Assembly (NCBI RefSeq): GCF_032191835.1
Contig: NC_083228.1
Location: 91,884,001-91,948,000, forward strand
Origin: Heteronotia binoei
Taxonomy: Eukaryota
DNA: 64,000 nt
Reading direction: 5' to 3'
Below the pieces are notes generated by a model that worked only from the letters and a program-made list of their open reading frames with translations, ran no database searches and was not told where the DNA came from. A program made the position numbers and the translations under genes. Shown here piece after piece: positions 24,585 to 38,500 of this stretch. The first letter of the stretch is position 1. Each line of letters opens with the position of its first letter.

Positions 24585-27500
24585 GACTATTGCAATTGCC
24601 AGTGCAATCACAGGTAGAGTTACATCCTTCTGTTGAAGCTGAGAGACTCAGAAGGTGTAACTCTGCTTAGAGCAGCATCATAACTCTTATTCTCTCTGAA
24701 AGATTGCTGTGTGCTCTGAATGAAAGGTATCAACTACTGACCTCATGCATCTTTTTTTTTTAAAGAAATAGTAGAAGTGTACCATATACATCTTTTCATA
24801 GTACTGCAATAACTGGACTCTACATTCTTTGTCTGAATTTATCTGCCTGTTCTGAACAGACTCTCGAAATGAAGCCAGTTGAGTGAGGAAGGGCAAGTGC
24901 TGTAAGCAACCACTGTGCCAGAAGTAATCACATGCTGACTTAATTCTTGCCCAAAGAACTGTTAAGATTATTCATGGGCTTGGGGCGGGGTGATGTTTTA
25001 TAAAAAGTGAGGGTATAATATGTCCCACCCATGTTGCCAAGTTATGTCTTCCCTTGAATCTGCTTCAATTTCACCAGTGTATATCATTCCTGTCAGAGAC
25101 AATTGTGAAATGAAACCTTACTGTTCCAAGATAGAATACCATACATACTAGATGCTGGAGACAAACAACATGGAAGGGGGTTCGCTTCATACCCTGCCTG
25201 CAGATTTCCTGAAGACATGTGGCTAGCTACTGGCACTAGCCTGGAAGGAGACATGAGTATCAAACAAGTACAAGGCAGAGGTGGGGGATGGAGTCTTAAG
25301 CCGCATAGTCCAAACCCTAACTTTTCCTTCCATTAATTTACTCCCAAAATTATTTTACATTTTGGACTCTCTCCCATTTCAATTCCCCTTCAGTTTATTT
25401 AGCTCAAAGCACAAATTTCCCTTTAAAAACAAACAGAAGATGCATGTTGGCCTCTCACCTATGTTCACTCAGAGCTTTCCTTTAATGTAGCCCAGTCCTA
25501 ACAGGAGCCCAAGCCTTTATACCCTGACCTCAGTTTGAAGGAATTGAGACTTGGAGAACAAACAACAACAAGTGTAGACTGTCTACAGTAGATGTATGAC
25601 AGTTGTGTTTGTTGTTTGCTGACCAATCAAGCAGCCAGCCACTTGACATTCCACTGAAGCCATTCTGCCTCCCCTACTCAACCTGTCCAGTCTTCTCTGC
25701 CTAACATTTGCACAGTTGCCAGCAGTTTTCCATGGTGGGAGCAGCCAAAGAGACTGTCTTTGGTTTTAAAGCCCTGGAGTCATTAAGAACTCCAAATTGG
25801 CCGGGGGGGGGGGAATAGAAAGATGGTGGTTGATCGAATCTCCTTCCCCTTACAGTGGTAGTCCCATATTAAACTACAGTAAAGATGAGCCACTTTGAAT
25901 CCATTAGTATGAACTCTAGTATATATTTTGATAACTGACATAACCACTCCTTACAGAATCTCTTGTTTGAGCCAACTGAACACTCCAAAGGCTTTTATTA
26001 TCTTGCAAAGTCAGTATTCCTTAAGGAGATAGTTCAAAGCTCAAAGTTCTTCATTTTTCACTAAATGGGTATTAGGATTGCACTGAAAAGGTTGACTCAT
26101 GAAATAAACATTGTTTCTGTGTTTACGTGTATACCTCTCACCTTCTCTAGCATGCAGAGCTTGATTGAACACCTCTGTGTGGAATCCTAGCTTGTGTGGT
26201 GTTGTAAATAAATCTCTGTGTGCCAAGGAGCCTGCATCCAGGTAACATGATGAATTGGAGCTTCACCAAGCCAAGAATTTTTGCATCAAGCTTTGAGCAC
26301 CTAGGGAGGCAGGAGGAGCAAGGGCTGGCACAAGCACAGCAAGAAATCACTGTATGCCTAGCTTGGGAGTTTCACTGCATCTTGTCATTATCTGAATGTG
26401 GTTTCAGGGTGGATCCAAAGCAACATGAGCAGAAGAGAAATAATGGCTAGTGCACATCCTCATCTGCAAGAGCTTGGTTTGAAAGTCTATGGATAAATGA
26501 TAAGGAAGCCAATAAAAAAGTTCTAATTTCTTTCTAGCAAAGAAAGGGGTTAAAGATGAATTCTCTCATGCTCTCCTCTTTGTCCCCCCCCTTTATTAAT
26601 AGTAATCTTTCCCCCCCTTATTCTTCATCCTTAGCATTTATATATTCTCCCTTTAAAGAAATAAAATAGAAAATTGACATAAGGTTGTTTTTGGAATGAG
26701 ATTGGAGAAGAGAGAGGAAGATTACATATTTATACCAGGTCTGGGAAATTGACACTTGAGCTTGCTAGGTGATAACTGCAAATCATATTCATGTTTTATG
26801 CAGCATCCTGTTCCCTTTCCGGAAGGCTGTGCAGATCTAATTGCCTCAGAGATCTCCCTGCTTTATTTTACCAGCAACATATGCATAGCTGTTAATAATG
26901 GCTCTTCTCTCAGCCAAGCCACCTTCCAGGTACTACACTCCACACTTACTATTATCTGGAGAACTGGTACATGTTAAAATTCATGACAGAATGAGGTTAC
27001 CAAATGACTCACAGCCACATAACTAGGTGTTTACACTCACAAAGCTGCATGTAATTGGGCTGTCACAGTTCTGCCTTTTCATTCACAGATGTAGCTTTTA
27101 AAATGTCATCTCAATGGGAAGCTGTAACCACCTTGAGTGACTTGGGTCCCTTTTGTATGTGCATGCTGGTGATTATTATCCTGGTCACAAAAGGAAAATA
27201 AAGGCCCTGAGATCAGCAGCACTGAGGTGCTGTAATGAATGGCAGGAGGGAAATTTACTGAAGAAAACCTCTCAATGGAAAAGGAAGAGGGGAAAAATAA
27301 GGAAAAGACATCTGGAGGGAAGTGAAAGCTGGTGGAAGAGCCTGGGAGCATCCTGAACTGGGTTTTATGCTGCGTCCAATAGTAATATCTGAAGATCTTG
27401 TTCTGTTAAAATACAAGCATCTTGACTTCTTATCTTTAAATTTGGGGGGTCTCAGGGTTGAGTTGTTGAATTGGTAACATAATCACGGTGAGACAACTGG

Positions 27501-29499
27501 GGGAGGTGTATCTTCCCTGAGCACTGTCTGGACTGGCCCACAAAATAAGCATCAAACAAAAAAAGCAGCGTGATGCCATATAGTGGTTTGAGAGTCACAT
27601 TAGAACTCAGGAAATCTGAGTTCAAATTCACACTCAGCCACAAAGTTTATTATTTGACCATGGGCCAGCCACTCAATCTCAGTTTAAGAAGGTGTGCCTT
27701 GACTATGCTGTCCTGAGTTTCCTGGATGAATGGTGGGATAAAAATATAATGTTTGAAAGACCACATTAGAGATTTCCAAAAGTAAAAAGAATTCCCTCTT
27801 TTTCAGAGTAACCAATAGCAATATGAATGAATACTATTTGTTCCATTAATTTCACTGGTGTCTAGCAGTCTGGTATAGAAAGTTCAAGGAGGTTACAGGG
27901 ACACATTATTAATACTGACAGAAGTGTAGTTACAGGCTTTGGCCTGCTGTCTTTCTTCTTGGGGATGCCAAATACTCCTTCCCCCCCACAGCCTTAACAG
28001 GCTTATTAGCAATCTCACAGTATCAGATTACTCCAACCAGAATTTAAAGTCTTCATACAATTAACCATAATGTAGACATCAAACACTGCCTATTTATTTA
28101 TAACCATATATCTTTATATTTTTCCTTCTGCTAATTTTTCCTTTAAAAGATCATAGGAATTAACACCCACCCATTTAATGATAATCATATAACTAACTTT
28201 CTATATATATATTGCAGCATCTATTTTTAAAATGTATGAATTATTTAATTTAAGTGCTACCTCCTTTATTAGCACTGATTTCTGGGCTGGTTTTGCTGCT
28301 CTACTGAAAATTTTGCAGAATGATATTAACATAAAGAAATTTCTCATGAGGCTTGAAATTTAATTTGGAGAGCGCTATTTTCTAAGATAGTTTCAGAGGG
28401 TAGCTCACATTAACTCTGCTTAGAGGGAACACTGCCCCAGGCCCCTGCCATCAGAGCTGTGGTGGGTGGCAACCAGAGACAGGCCTTTCCCTCAAGGCTC
28501 ACTTGGCATCTTTGCTATTCTCTTTCAGGTGGGAGGCCAAAAATATTTCCTTTTACCCAGGATTTTAATTAAGGGTTTGATCTTTTAACCTCAGTTTTAT
28601 AGTCTGCTTTTAGACTGAGAACTGAGAACATTTTAAGCTACTGATATTTTGTATTTTTTATACTCTTCTGCTTTCACTGCTTGCACTTCAGTGGTTTTCA
28701 GTGAACCTTTGCTAGTATAAGAGGAAGTGAGTTCATGTGGCAGTGACGGTCTAGCAAGTATGGAACATGTTAATAGGATCCAATCCTGTATATTTATATT
28801 CTTTCTGTCTTATATTCAGGACATTTCAGGATAACTTCTTAACTAAGGAGGGCATTACGTGATTCTGTGGATGGGAATGATTTAATTTTAAAAAATTAGT
28901 TCAGTAACCTTGAAATTCATTTTTATATTTGTATACCAGGTAGACAAGCCCAATGTTCCATGTGTTACTAACTGGAAAGGGCATGAGGTTTATCCTGCAT
29001 GGCACGGACAGAACTTTTCTGCATCACATATGATTACATTACTAAAGGTTTCTAAAAATGAGAAGTGTTTGTGCAGTGGTACATATGCTCTTTTGCTTTT
29101 CATCTGAAGAACAGGGCAGCTCATTAAATACAGTATAATAATCCCAGCTTGCAGAATGACCTTTGAGTCTCATTAAGACTCTAGGTATCTGCAGCTTTTT
29201 GTATTAAACAGTACATGAAAATACAGGCAGCAGAGCACACACACATTACCAGAGCTTTTCATGTGCATATATTGTAACCCCCTTGCTTATATCATTGTGT
29301 AAATTTCTAATTAACATACCTGTTTGTATACCTATTTTTTGTTTCTCATCAAGACTTGTTCTAATGCAATTTGAGGGTGGTATGTATGTATTAGGGTGCA
29401 GTAATATAGTGTTGAGCTTTTACTAGAGATGCCGAGTTTATGTCCCCATTCACCTATATAATCACTGCGTGACCTTTGGAGAACAGAGCTCAAATGGAG

Positions 29500-30735
29500 A
29501 GTCTCCTTGCAGTGATTCAATTGGGAGAGAGCTGTCCCGGAGGCACCCACTAGTGTGTGGGGTGCCACAAGGTACAGTTCTCTCTCCGATGTTATTTAAA
29601 TCTACATGCGCCCCCTTGCCCAGATTGCCCGGAGGTTTGGGCTTGGGTGCCACCAATATGCAGATGACACCCAGCTCTATCTACTAATGGACGGCCGACC
29701 TGACTGCGTCCCAGAAAACCTGGACCTAGCATTGCAAGCCATGGCAGGTTGGCTTAGGCTAAGTGGGCTGAAGTTGAATCCAATGAAGACAGAGGTCCTT
29801 TGCTTGGGCCGCGGTGCCCTGGGAAGGGAAATCCCCCTTCCGGCTTTTGACGGTGTGCTGCTGAAAGCAGCCCATAGGGTCAAGAGCCTGGGGGTTCTTC
29901 TGGAGCCTTCATTATCAATGGAGGCGCAGATAGCAGCCATTGCCAAGTCCGCGTTCTTTCATCTTTGACGGGTGAAGCAGTTGGCCCCCTTCCTAGAGCG
30001 CCGGGACCTAGCAACGGTGATCCATGCTACGGTCACCTCGAGACTGGATTACTGTAACGCCCTCTACATGGGGCTGCCCTTGTGCCGAACTCTGTGGCTG
30101 CAGTTGGTGCAGAACGCGGTGGCTAGGCTGCTGTTGGGGCTCCCGAGATGGGAGCACATACGGCCGGGTCTGTACGGGCTGCACTGGCTGCCAGTGGTGT
30201 ACTGAGTCTGTTACAAAGTGCTGGTTATTACCTTTAAAGCCCTATATGGCCGAGGACCTGCCTACTTGAGGGACTGTCTTTCCCCATATGAACCCCAGAG
30301 AGCACTGAGGTCAGCTGGAAAGAACCAGCTGAATATCCCTGGGCCAAGGGAGGCCAGATTGAAGACCATCCAGGATCAGGCCTTCTCCATTGTAGCCCCA
30401 CTGCTGTGGAATCAACTTCCGGAGGAGGTACGGGCCCTGCAATGTTTAGATCAATTTCGCAGGGCCTGTAAGACCTACCTCTTCAAAATAGCCTTCACCT
30501 AATACCGAGCTAAGAAAGCTTCACTGGACATGTTTTAGCCATTGAATTTTATTAAGATTTAAGTTATAGCACCACAATGTTAGTTTTAATACAGTTGTTA
30601 ATGGTTTAATTATGATTTTATTATTGTAACTGTAATTACTATGTATGTTTTATTGTATATTACATGTTGTGAGCTGCCCTGAGCCTGCCCTGGCGGGGAG
30701 GGCAGGATATAAATAAAAAGTATTATTATTATTTT
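29500..30735 (+). mobile_element. L2-clade LINE, 5'-truncated, RT C-terminal half plus 3' UTR, disabled
   Basis: GVPQGTVLSPMLF, YADDTQLY, LKLNPMKTEVL, RLDYCNALYMGLP, LQLVQNAVARLL across ORFs 29469-30502. Internal stops and frameshifts. ATAAATAAA/TAT-repeat tail. Confidence 0.93.
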
Positions 30736-31818
30736 CATTATTTACAATATGCTTTGTTGGTCACTGTAACAACGGATCCTTGCTAGCAGGTCAGGGCTGT
30801 AGTGTATGGTGGTAGTGGTGGGGCAACCTGAACTAACAAAGCAGAGGTAACTCTTAAACCCACGTTCCTGATCCACAATCCCAGTCTAAATCAGGGTTCC
30901 ATGACCAGCTGTGTGTGTGGGGGGGGGACTCACTTAGAAACTCATACACAGAATTTACAGTATCTCTCCTTAGTTTGTCTTCAGTCAAGCCACTCAAACT
31001 TCTGAGTGAATGGATCTCCAGCACATTTTTTAAATTGTTACCTAGAAACCACCAGGACTGGTGGAAGTGAGTGTGTGTTCAGATTGGGACCCTTCTGAAT
31101 CTTCCCTTCCTCATCTGTTTTCCACTTCACCTTCCCAGCTGCTACTTGTCTCTTCAGGTGAAACAAGCAGGCACCGCTCCCCTCATACCACTCTAACCCA
31201 GCCCAATCTGAGGTGACTTGCTCAGTTGTATGAACCCTTGGGGGACCAGGACCGAGAAAAATTTTCTGCTTTCTTGGCTGCTATTTAGTAATAAAAAATC
31301 TGCTGGAGATTACCTTTATTACAGAAAATAAGTTGCAGCTTGTTCCCCTTCCCCCTCAGTATCATAATAGCATTCCCTTTCTTTATTCAAACACCAGTTT
31401 AATGCAGAAGCTCACTCATACAAATTTCACAACAAAAAAATTCCAGCGTGAATCATCCAAACTCCAGGGTATGTTTTTCATACTAAGACATTGCATGGAT
31501 TACAGCTTTAAATTAAGCAAGAGTTTTACCTCAATGGAATTTCAGCACTTTAAAAAATTGCATCTTTCCCCTCTACTATAGCCTATCATTGCATAAGGAA
31601 TGTAGTAGGATTTGTTTTAATACAGAGGTTTTCTTCTTCTTTGGTCATATATGGTCATTGTTTTCTTACCTTTACAGACCATCACTAAGCAGGCCTACTT
31701 GAAAGTAAGTCCCATTTTAGTCAATGGGGCTTACTCCCAGCAAAGTGTTTTTAGAATTGCAGCCCTGGTTTATGCATCCCTTCTTAAAAATGAATGTTTC
31801 CAGTGTTAATGATGTAAC

Positions 31819-32006
31819 CAGGGCTTTTTTTGTAGAAAATGCCCAGCAGGAACTTATTTGCATCTTAGGACACACACCCTGATGTCACCCTTGCTTCACG
31901 CTGGGCTTTTTTGTAGAAAAAAATTGTTTGCATATTAGACCACACCCCCTGATGCCGAGTCAGCCAGAACTGCATTCCTGTGCATTCCTGCTCAAAAAAA
32001 GCTCTG
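31819..32006. mobile_element. hAT MITE of the CAGGGCTTTTTTTG family (octamer-bearing), within the probable VAMP 3' UTR
   Basis: Perfect TSD GATGTAAC (31811-31818, 32007-32014). TIR CAGGGCTTTTTTTG / CAAAAAAAGCTCTG. Confidence 0.85.
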
Positions 32007-32542
32007 GATGTAACTGTTTTGTAGGTTGTGGATATAAAAGTGGACTCGCTTACAGAACGTCTGATAGTCCTGCAAGTCCTGTGACCTTCCTGTGCTTAGT
32101 GGAAACTCAGCTTTCTTGAAGCTCACCCTCTAATTGATACAGGTAGATTTTGTGACCTAAGTACAGGATTCTACAGTTGAAGATTATGGCCTCTTAATTG
32201 TCTGCTGAAGCCTATCTGATGTTCCCTTGAAACACGAGTTCTATACAACTTAGAAAATTTCAAGATGGTTGTTTTTCAAAAATGACAGTTTTTGAAGGTC
32301 AGCATGGGCACATTTTAAGACACAGTGATAGACTAACATGTGGAACTAGTTGGCAGTATTCATCTGGCCCAGTTTCTTATAGAAACAACATAATACCAAA
32401 ATACACTACATGGAATTCTTACATACGGTTGCAGGCTCACAGCCCTCAAGATATGAGGAATTAAAAAGCAAGTTTCATTGGGAAAGATTATCAGAAAACA
32501 GGTCACTTGAACAAAGACACAAAACCTTTTGTCCTCAGTGGT

Positions 32543-32559
32543 TCAGGTGCAGAAATAAA
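32543..32559 (-). CDS. VAMP exon 5 coding part (IYFCT-stop), followed by 3' UTR
   Basis: Strong polypyrimidine acceptor ctgtcttttccttctttcttccag, then TT TAT TTC TGC ACC TGA. Matches the VAMP2 VYFST / VAMP1 IYFFT endings. First AATAAA hexamers noted downstream are near 31387 and 31320. Confidence 0.9.
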
Positions 32560-35500
32560 CTGGAAGAAAGAAGGAAAAGACAGTTGACAGTCTATATTGC
32601 AGCCAGAGGAATCAGCAGGTTTCCAAATACATCCACACCTTGGTTACATTGCATCAACAAGTACTTGAGCAAAAGACTCAAGAAGACTCTTGGGAGTCTG
32701 AAGAGTCATTTACACCAAGTCCTGTAGGATAACTAAATTGTCTCCACCAGAATCCTACCAGAGTTTCCTTTTAAAATTTCTCAGGCAAAGCAACATTTTT
32801 GCTAGGCAATTTTGCTCCCATCACCAAACAGGCCTTAGAATTAAAAAAATCTTACAAATATTTAACATGTCTGTAAAACCCATTTTTTTTTTTTTTATCT
32901 AACTCTGTAGTACCAAAACCTCAATATTTTACAGTCTACTAGAAAAGTGGGGGGAAGTGTTCCCTCTAAGCTGTGCACATGAGTGGCCACTCATTCACCC
33001 AGGAAGCCCATCTCAGCAGCAATCTGAAGCTGTGCGGTTCTCCCCTATTACAAAACAACTTCTCCCACACCTTCCCTTGGCTCCACCCAAACCTCTTCCA
33101 TTTCAACCATGCAGGGCTCTTTTTCTAGCAGGAGCTCGTCTGCATATTAGGCCACGCCCCCCGATGTAGCCAATCCTCCAAGAGCTTAGAGGGCTCTTAG
33201 TATAGGGCCTACTGTGAACTCCAGGAGGATTGGCTACATCAGTGGGGTGTGGCCTAATATGCAAAGGAGCTCCTACTAGAAAAAGAGCCATGCGAGTCCT
33301 TTGCCAATGGAAGCCTCTCCTATCAGCCTTGATAGTTAAATGTGAACCTTCAAGTTCAGAGGCAGTACATCTCAGATACAAAAGACAAATCACGGGTTCA
33401 TGGGTTTAGGTAAGTTTTCATCTTACTGTTCTGAATGTAAAAGACATTTTGTTGTTTACTTTTGGAAATAGAAAGAATGTTGGACTCCTTGGACACTTGC
33501 CTCAAAACATGGAGAATAAGACAGAGTCTGAGCCTAAAATAGTAAATCCTGAAAATAACTTCCCCTTCAATCGATTTATCCCAAAGCATCCAGTTGCTCC
33601 AAAAGTAATACCTCATCAATGAATTTACTTCAAGAAACGCATTTTCTAGCCAGATTTCCAGTGCTTCCCAAAGTTTCACCATGTTCCCCTGCCCCATCAA
33701 GAAAACTTTTCCTAATATTTCTCAATTATCATTTGATAGCAACCAAACCACCTAAGACAGCTTTGTCTCCTCTTGAGTCATGAAGCTCTGTCACAGGTAT
33801 TGTTGTTGACTGTGTTCTCCTGGGTCTTCACATCCAGTAAAAAGAGGCAAGAGAACACAATTATTTTTTTTAAAAAAATTGACAGTTGCCAATCAGCAGC
33901 TAGACTGCCACCCTAGGCCAGATCCACACCTTCTCCACAAAGTGTGCCTCCCAAACACCAATGTCTGCTGGGGGCAAGCATGGAGCTTGTACACTATAAT
34001 CCCTATTGGCTCAAAGACTGTGAAGCATCAGAACACACACCTCAACCATTACTTAAAGCAAATAACAAAAAAAGAAAGAAATTATTTTAACAGGCCCACT
34101 AATAGAAAAGGCACTCAAGTCTCAAGTGATAGATGGCTCCCATAAACAAACTGTTATTGGTTTATCCAGTAATCATATACAATATATGTGCCTGTCAGTT
34201 CCCTATGTTCCTCTCAGTATTTTGGAATTGCCCAAATGGACTTTGCCATGGGCTCTGAAATACTTGTAGGAAGGACCCCAAGAACTTCACTGCGGCTGTC
34301 CTCAGGCTGTGGAACTGTCTTCTCTTTGTTTGGTTTCCTGAAGATCCTGACAATTAATTCTCTCCTTGATTTTTCAGCTTTTAAAATAGTTATTATTTTA
34401 TTGTTAGCTTTTGGCTAACTGGTTTTTTAGCTTTCATGTTTTATGTGTTGTAAGCAGGGCTTTTTTGTAGAAAAAACTCTGCAGGAACTTATTTGCATAT
34501 TAGGCTACACCCGCTGACATCACCATCATTTGATACAGGGCTTTTTGTAGAAAAAGCCCAGTGGGAGCTCATTTGCATATTAGGCCACGCTCCCTGATGC
34601 CAAGACAGCTGGAACTGCGTTCCTGTGTGTTCCTGCTAAAAAAAAAAAAGCCCTGGTTGTGAGCCAATATGGTCAAGCTTGGCACAGAACAGCAGAATAT
34701 AAATGACCTAAATAAACAATACAGGTACATAAATGCATGAGAAACTTTAGTGTGAGCTGTCCATTTATGCAAGAATAGCCATTACATTTCTGAGATCATG
34801 AGTGCTCTTATTGAAAGCACTGTGCATACTAAAATGGCCACATGTAAGCAGATGGTCAAGATCCAGCCGGGACTAGATCCAGACTCATCAGTGCAAAACA
34901 CTGTCCAAAACCTTTCAAGTTCTGCCATAGGTTTATGAAGTTATAACTATATGCCACCCAGACACAGCTTTCATATGGTGGTCTATCTAGGGTATTTTAG
35001 AGTGACTATAGCATCCTTGGCTGACATATCCCTGTTGAATTGCTGATAGTGTTGACTTCTTGAACCAAGCCCTGATTATCAATAATATGCCACCTTCAAT
35101 GTACAAGGTGCGCTTCATCAATTAAATCTGTACCCAGTGCCATAGTTGCACTATGTCAGCCTCCTGTCTTACTGTACATGTTACATACATATTTTCAGAT
35201 CCTAAGATCAACATTTGCTTGCTTGTATGTGAATAGTTCTTGTTGTTATGGTGAAAACACAACATACCTTGTACTTCTTGATTAGATACCACATCAGCTG
35301 TTTTGCCCGGGACATCAGAAAGGCTTTATTCACGAGCTGATTTAATGAATGACTGTGCTGTCAGAAGGACTTTTGTTGTTGATTTCAACAAGACCAAGAT
35401 TAGACCCTGGTCATTGAGAAAGCATTTTGCTCAGTCGTGAAAAGGAGCCTCTTTACTATTCAGAAAATCTAGCCATTAAACCCCATCCCCCAAAACCTGT

Positions 35501-38500
35501 TGTTCCTCAACCCTGAAGATGGCATTATTTATTCATGTCTCCCTACAGAAGACCAAAACAAAAACTCAGTGGCATCTTAAAGTCTAACAACTAAATTCTC
35601 TTAATCTTTAAAGTGCTATTTTAAGGTGCCACTGGACTTTCATTTTATTTTGCTACAACAGGCTAACACAGCTACCCCTTTGCAATCCCTAGAAGCAACT
35701 TAGAAAAAAAGGATTTACAATACTGGACTCTTGGTAAACATTTGGCCATTATTTCATTCAGCTCACTGAAAGTCCTGAAATTAAGGAAAGACTGAGTTAA
35801 AATGAAAATGCATGTTACTCACTTATAATTATGATAAAAATGACCGCACATACTACACCCAGGATGATCATCATCTGAAAAGAGAATTGCGAAAAAAATG
35901 GAGAAGTGTTACTCTTGTCTGGGTGGTTTGAGAGGCAGCTGACATTCTTCCAAGTGTAGACATGTAAGTTTTCCAGAACACACAAACAAAGTATACTTGA
36001 AAGGCACGTGGGTACCTTCCACCATTCACTACTGTGCCACAGTCATGATCTGTTCATTCTCAGACCTGGACTTCCTTTTGGTATGCATTTATTTATCATT
36101 AAGGATATTTTGTAATTTTTCAAAGGCAGTCAGGGCCTGGATGAGTTGTAGCTGCTACACCAGAAGTCTTTCTACTGATTACATTTTTATCCAATTTTTT
36201 AGTTCAAGGAACTCAAGATGGCTTACATAGCATCCACCTCATAACAAACCTGCAAGGTAAGTTAGACGGAGAGATAGTAAATGGCCCAAGGCCACAAAAA
36301 TGAGCAGCAGCAGCTTGAATCCAAGTCCCAACAATCCCATCCTCTTAATAATTACACCTCAACCTCAGTGGAAATCAAGTAATCCTCAACCTTGGGGTCC
36401 TATTGCTGTTGGAGCTGAAACCTGAAGTGTAGCAGGCAGAATATATTGACTAAGGAAAGAGCAAGAAGTCTTGGTTTCTAGTATTTATATAGGGTTGCCA
36501 AGTCCAATTTAAGAAATATCTGGGGACTTTGGGGGTGGAGCCAGGAGACATTAGGGGTGGAGCCAAGATCAAGGCTGTGACAAGCATAATTGAACTCCAA
36601 AGGGAGTTCTGGCCATCACATTTAAAGGGACAGCATACCTTTTTAAATGCCTTCCTTCCATAAGAAATAATGAAGGATAGGGGCACCTTCTTTTGGGGCT
36701 CATAGAATTGGACCCCCTGGTCCAATCTTTTTGAAACTTTGGGGGGGGCATTTTGGGGAGAGGCACTAGATGCTATACTGAAAATGTGGTGCCTCTACCC
36801 CCAAAAAACAGCCCCCCCAGAGCCCTAGATACCCGTGGATCAATTCTCCATGATTTTCTATGGGAATAAATCTCCATAGGAAATAACAGAGTTCCCAGCA
36901 GACATTTCCCTCCCCTCTCCCCGCTTTCTGACGACCCTGAAGCGGGGGGGGGGGGGGGGCTCCAACCCGGGGGATCCCCTGCCCCCACCTGGGGATTGGC
37001 AACCCTATATTTATACCAGCCTAGGCCAGTCCAGTGGCTTTATATAGCCTTCCAATGGCAGGAACGAATTTTGCATAAAGCTCTTCCTTGCCTGAAAAGG
37101 ACTCTGAAACTACACCCAGTCAATAGTAGATCACTAGGTTATATTCCAGCCTTGGGCTGTGCAATTTCCTGACAGTGACCTACATACGTCAAGTTAGAAT
37201 TTTCACTATAGCTGACTCATACACAGCAATTTTTGCACTTGCATGCCAAGTTGGGTTAAGAAACAGGAGCTGATTTTCTCTCACAATAGCAAGTCTTACC
37301 TTACAGTTTTTCCACCAGTATTTCCTCTTCAGCTTGGCTGCACTAGTTTCAAATTGTGAGGCACCAGCTTGCAATGCATCTGCCCGATTATCAAGCTCTG
37401 AAAGTTTCTGGTCTCTTTCTAGTACTTTATCCACATTGACCCGCATTATGTCCACCACCTGGAATGAATGTGCCAAAAAATTAGAGGCTCTGTTTGTAAA
37501 ACAATGAAAAGTACAAGGATTATCATTAAGACATGAAACAAATGCATAAATGGGAAAAATGACTGCACAGATAATTTTTGTGTAAGAAGCCAGAGTTTCA
37601 CATTTATTTGTGCTGAACTCAATTTTCTTACCTACCAATAAGAGAAAGTACCTATACAAGAGAGCAGAGGATTGAGTGTTTACATGGTAGGATGCATTCC
37701 TAAGCACACTTAATGGCTAATAACTCTTGATGGAACTTCATTCTGAGAAAAAGATGCAAAAACATTGGTTCACGATGCCTTAAGTAACAGAACACAAACG
37801 TTCTGACCATGTATTAAAAACATTGTGAAAGTTCAGTGGAGCATCCAGAATTTCAAACTTTTACATCTGTTTTATTTTGTTTTTTCTTTTAATATCCCCT
37901 CTTCTGTCACTTGACATCATTTCTGATTATCTTTTGCTACATGATCCAAGTCAATAAGAGATCATGTAATCACAGACCATGTAGCCAGTTTGGTTTGGCT
38001 ACATGATGACCTCAGTGAGGACAAATGACCTCACTGAGACAGAAAGGCATATGTTCCCATTACTGAGGTAATCAGGCTGTATTGTCCTTCCTTTCTTAAA
38101 GAGAATAAAATTTTGCCAGGCTAGCCTGATCTCATCAGATCTTGGAAACGAAGCAGAGTCAGTCCTGGCTAGTATTTGGATGGGAGACTACTCTGGAATA
38201 CCAGGGTCATGACACAGAAACAGACAACGGCAAACCACCTCTGAATGTTCTTTGCCTTGGAAAACTTTTGGGGTTGCCATAAGTCAGCTGTGACAGCAAA
38301 AAACATGTTTTTTCAACTACTGGTATGATAATTGAGATAATCACACTGAAAGACTCAGATAAACACTGAAGTTATCATATTTGATTCAGCAGTCTGCGTT
38401 TTTTCCAACTACAGGTCAAATGTTCTTAGACAATGAAATACTTAACATATGTCTTTCTGTGAAGGAAAGGTCAGAGGTTTGGCATACCAGCTTCGGCCTG

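Noticed and set aside
1936-27381. Shared 14-mer TGCTGCGTCCAATA near 1936 and 27368
   Set aside because: Isolated 14-nt matches are expected among all position pairs in a window this size; there is no flanking similarity.
31260-35760. Other candidate VAMP terminal exons (e.g. near 31290, 32720, 33830, 34050, 34705)
   Set aside because: None gives the conserved YFxT ending; the exon at 32543-32559 has the best acceptor and homology.
37189-37707. 172-aa ORF as a stand-alone gene
   Set aside because: Only 37300-37458 is coding (VAMP exon 3); the rest is intron read-through bounded by clear splice sites.
38114-38215. Functional 5S rRNA gene
   Set aside because: Diverged, 5'-incomplete, lacks the T-run terminator and continues into a SINE tail.
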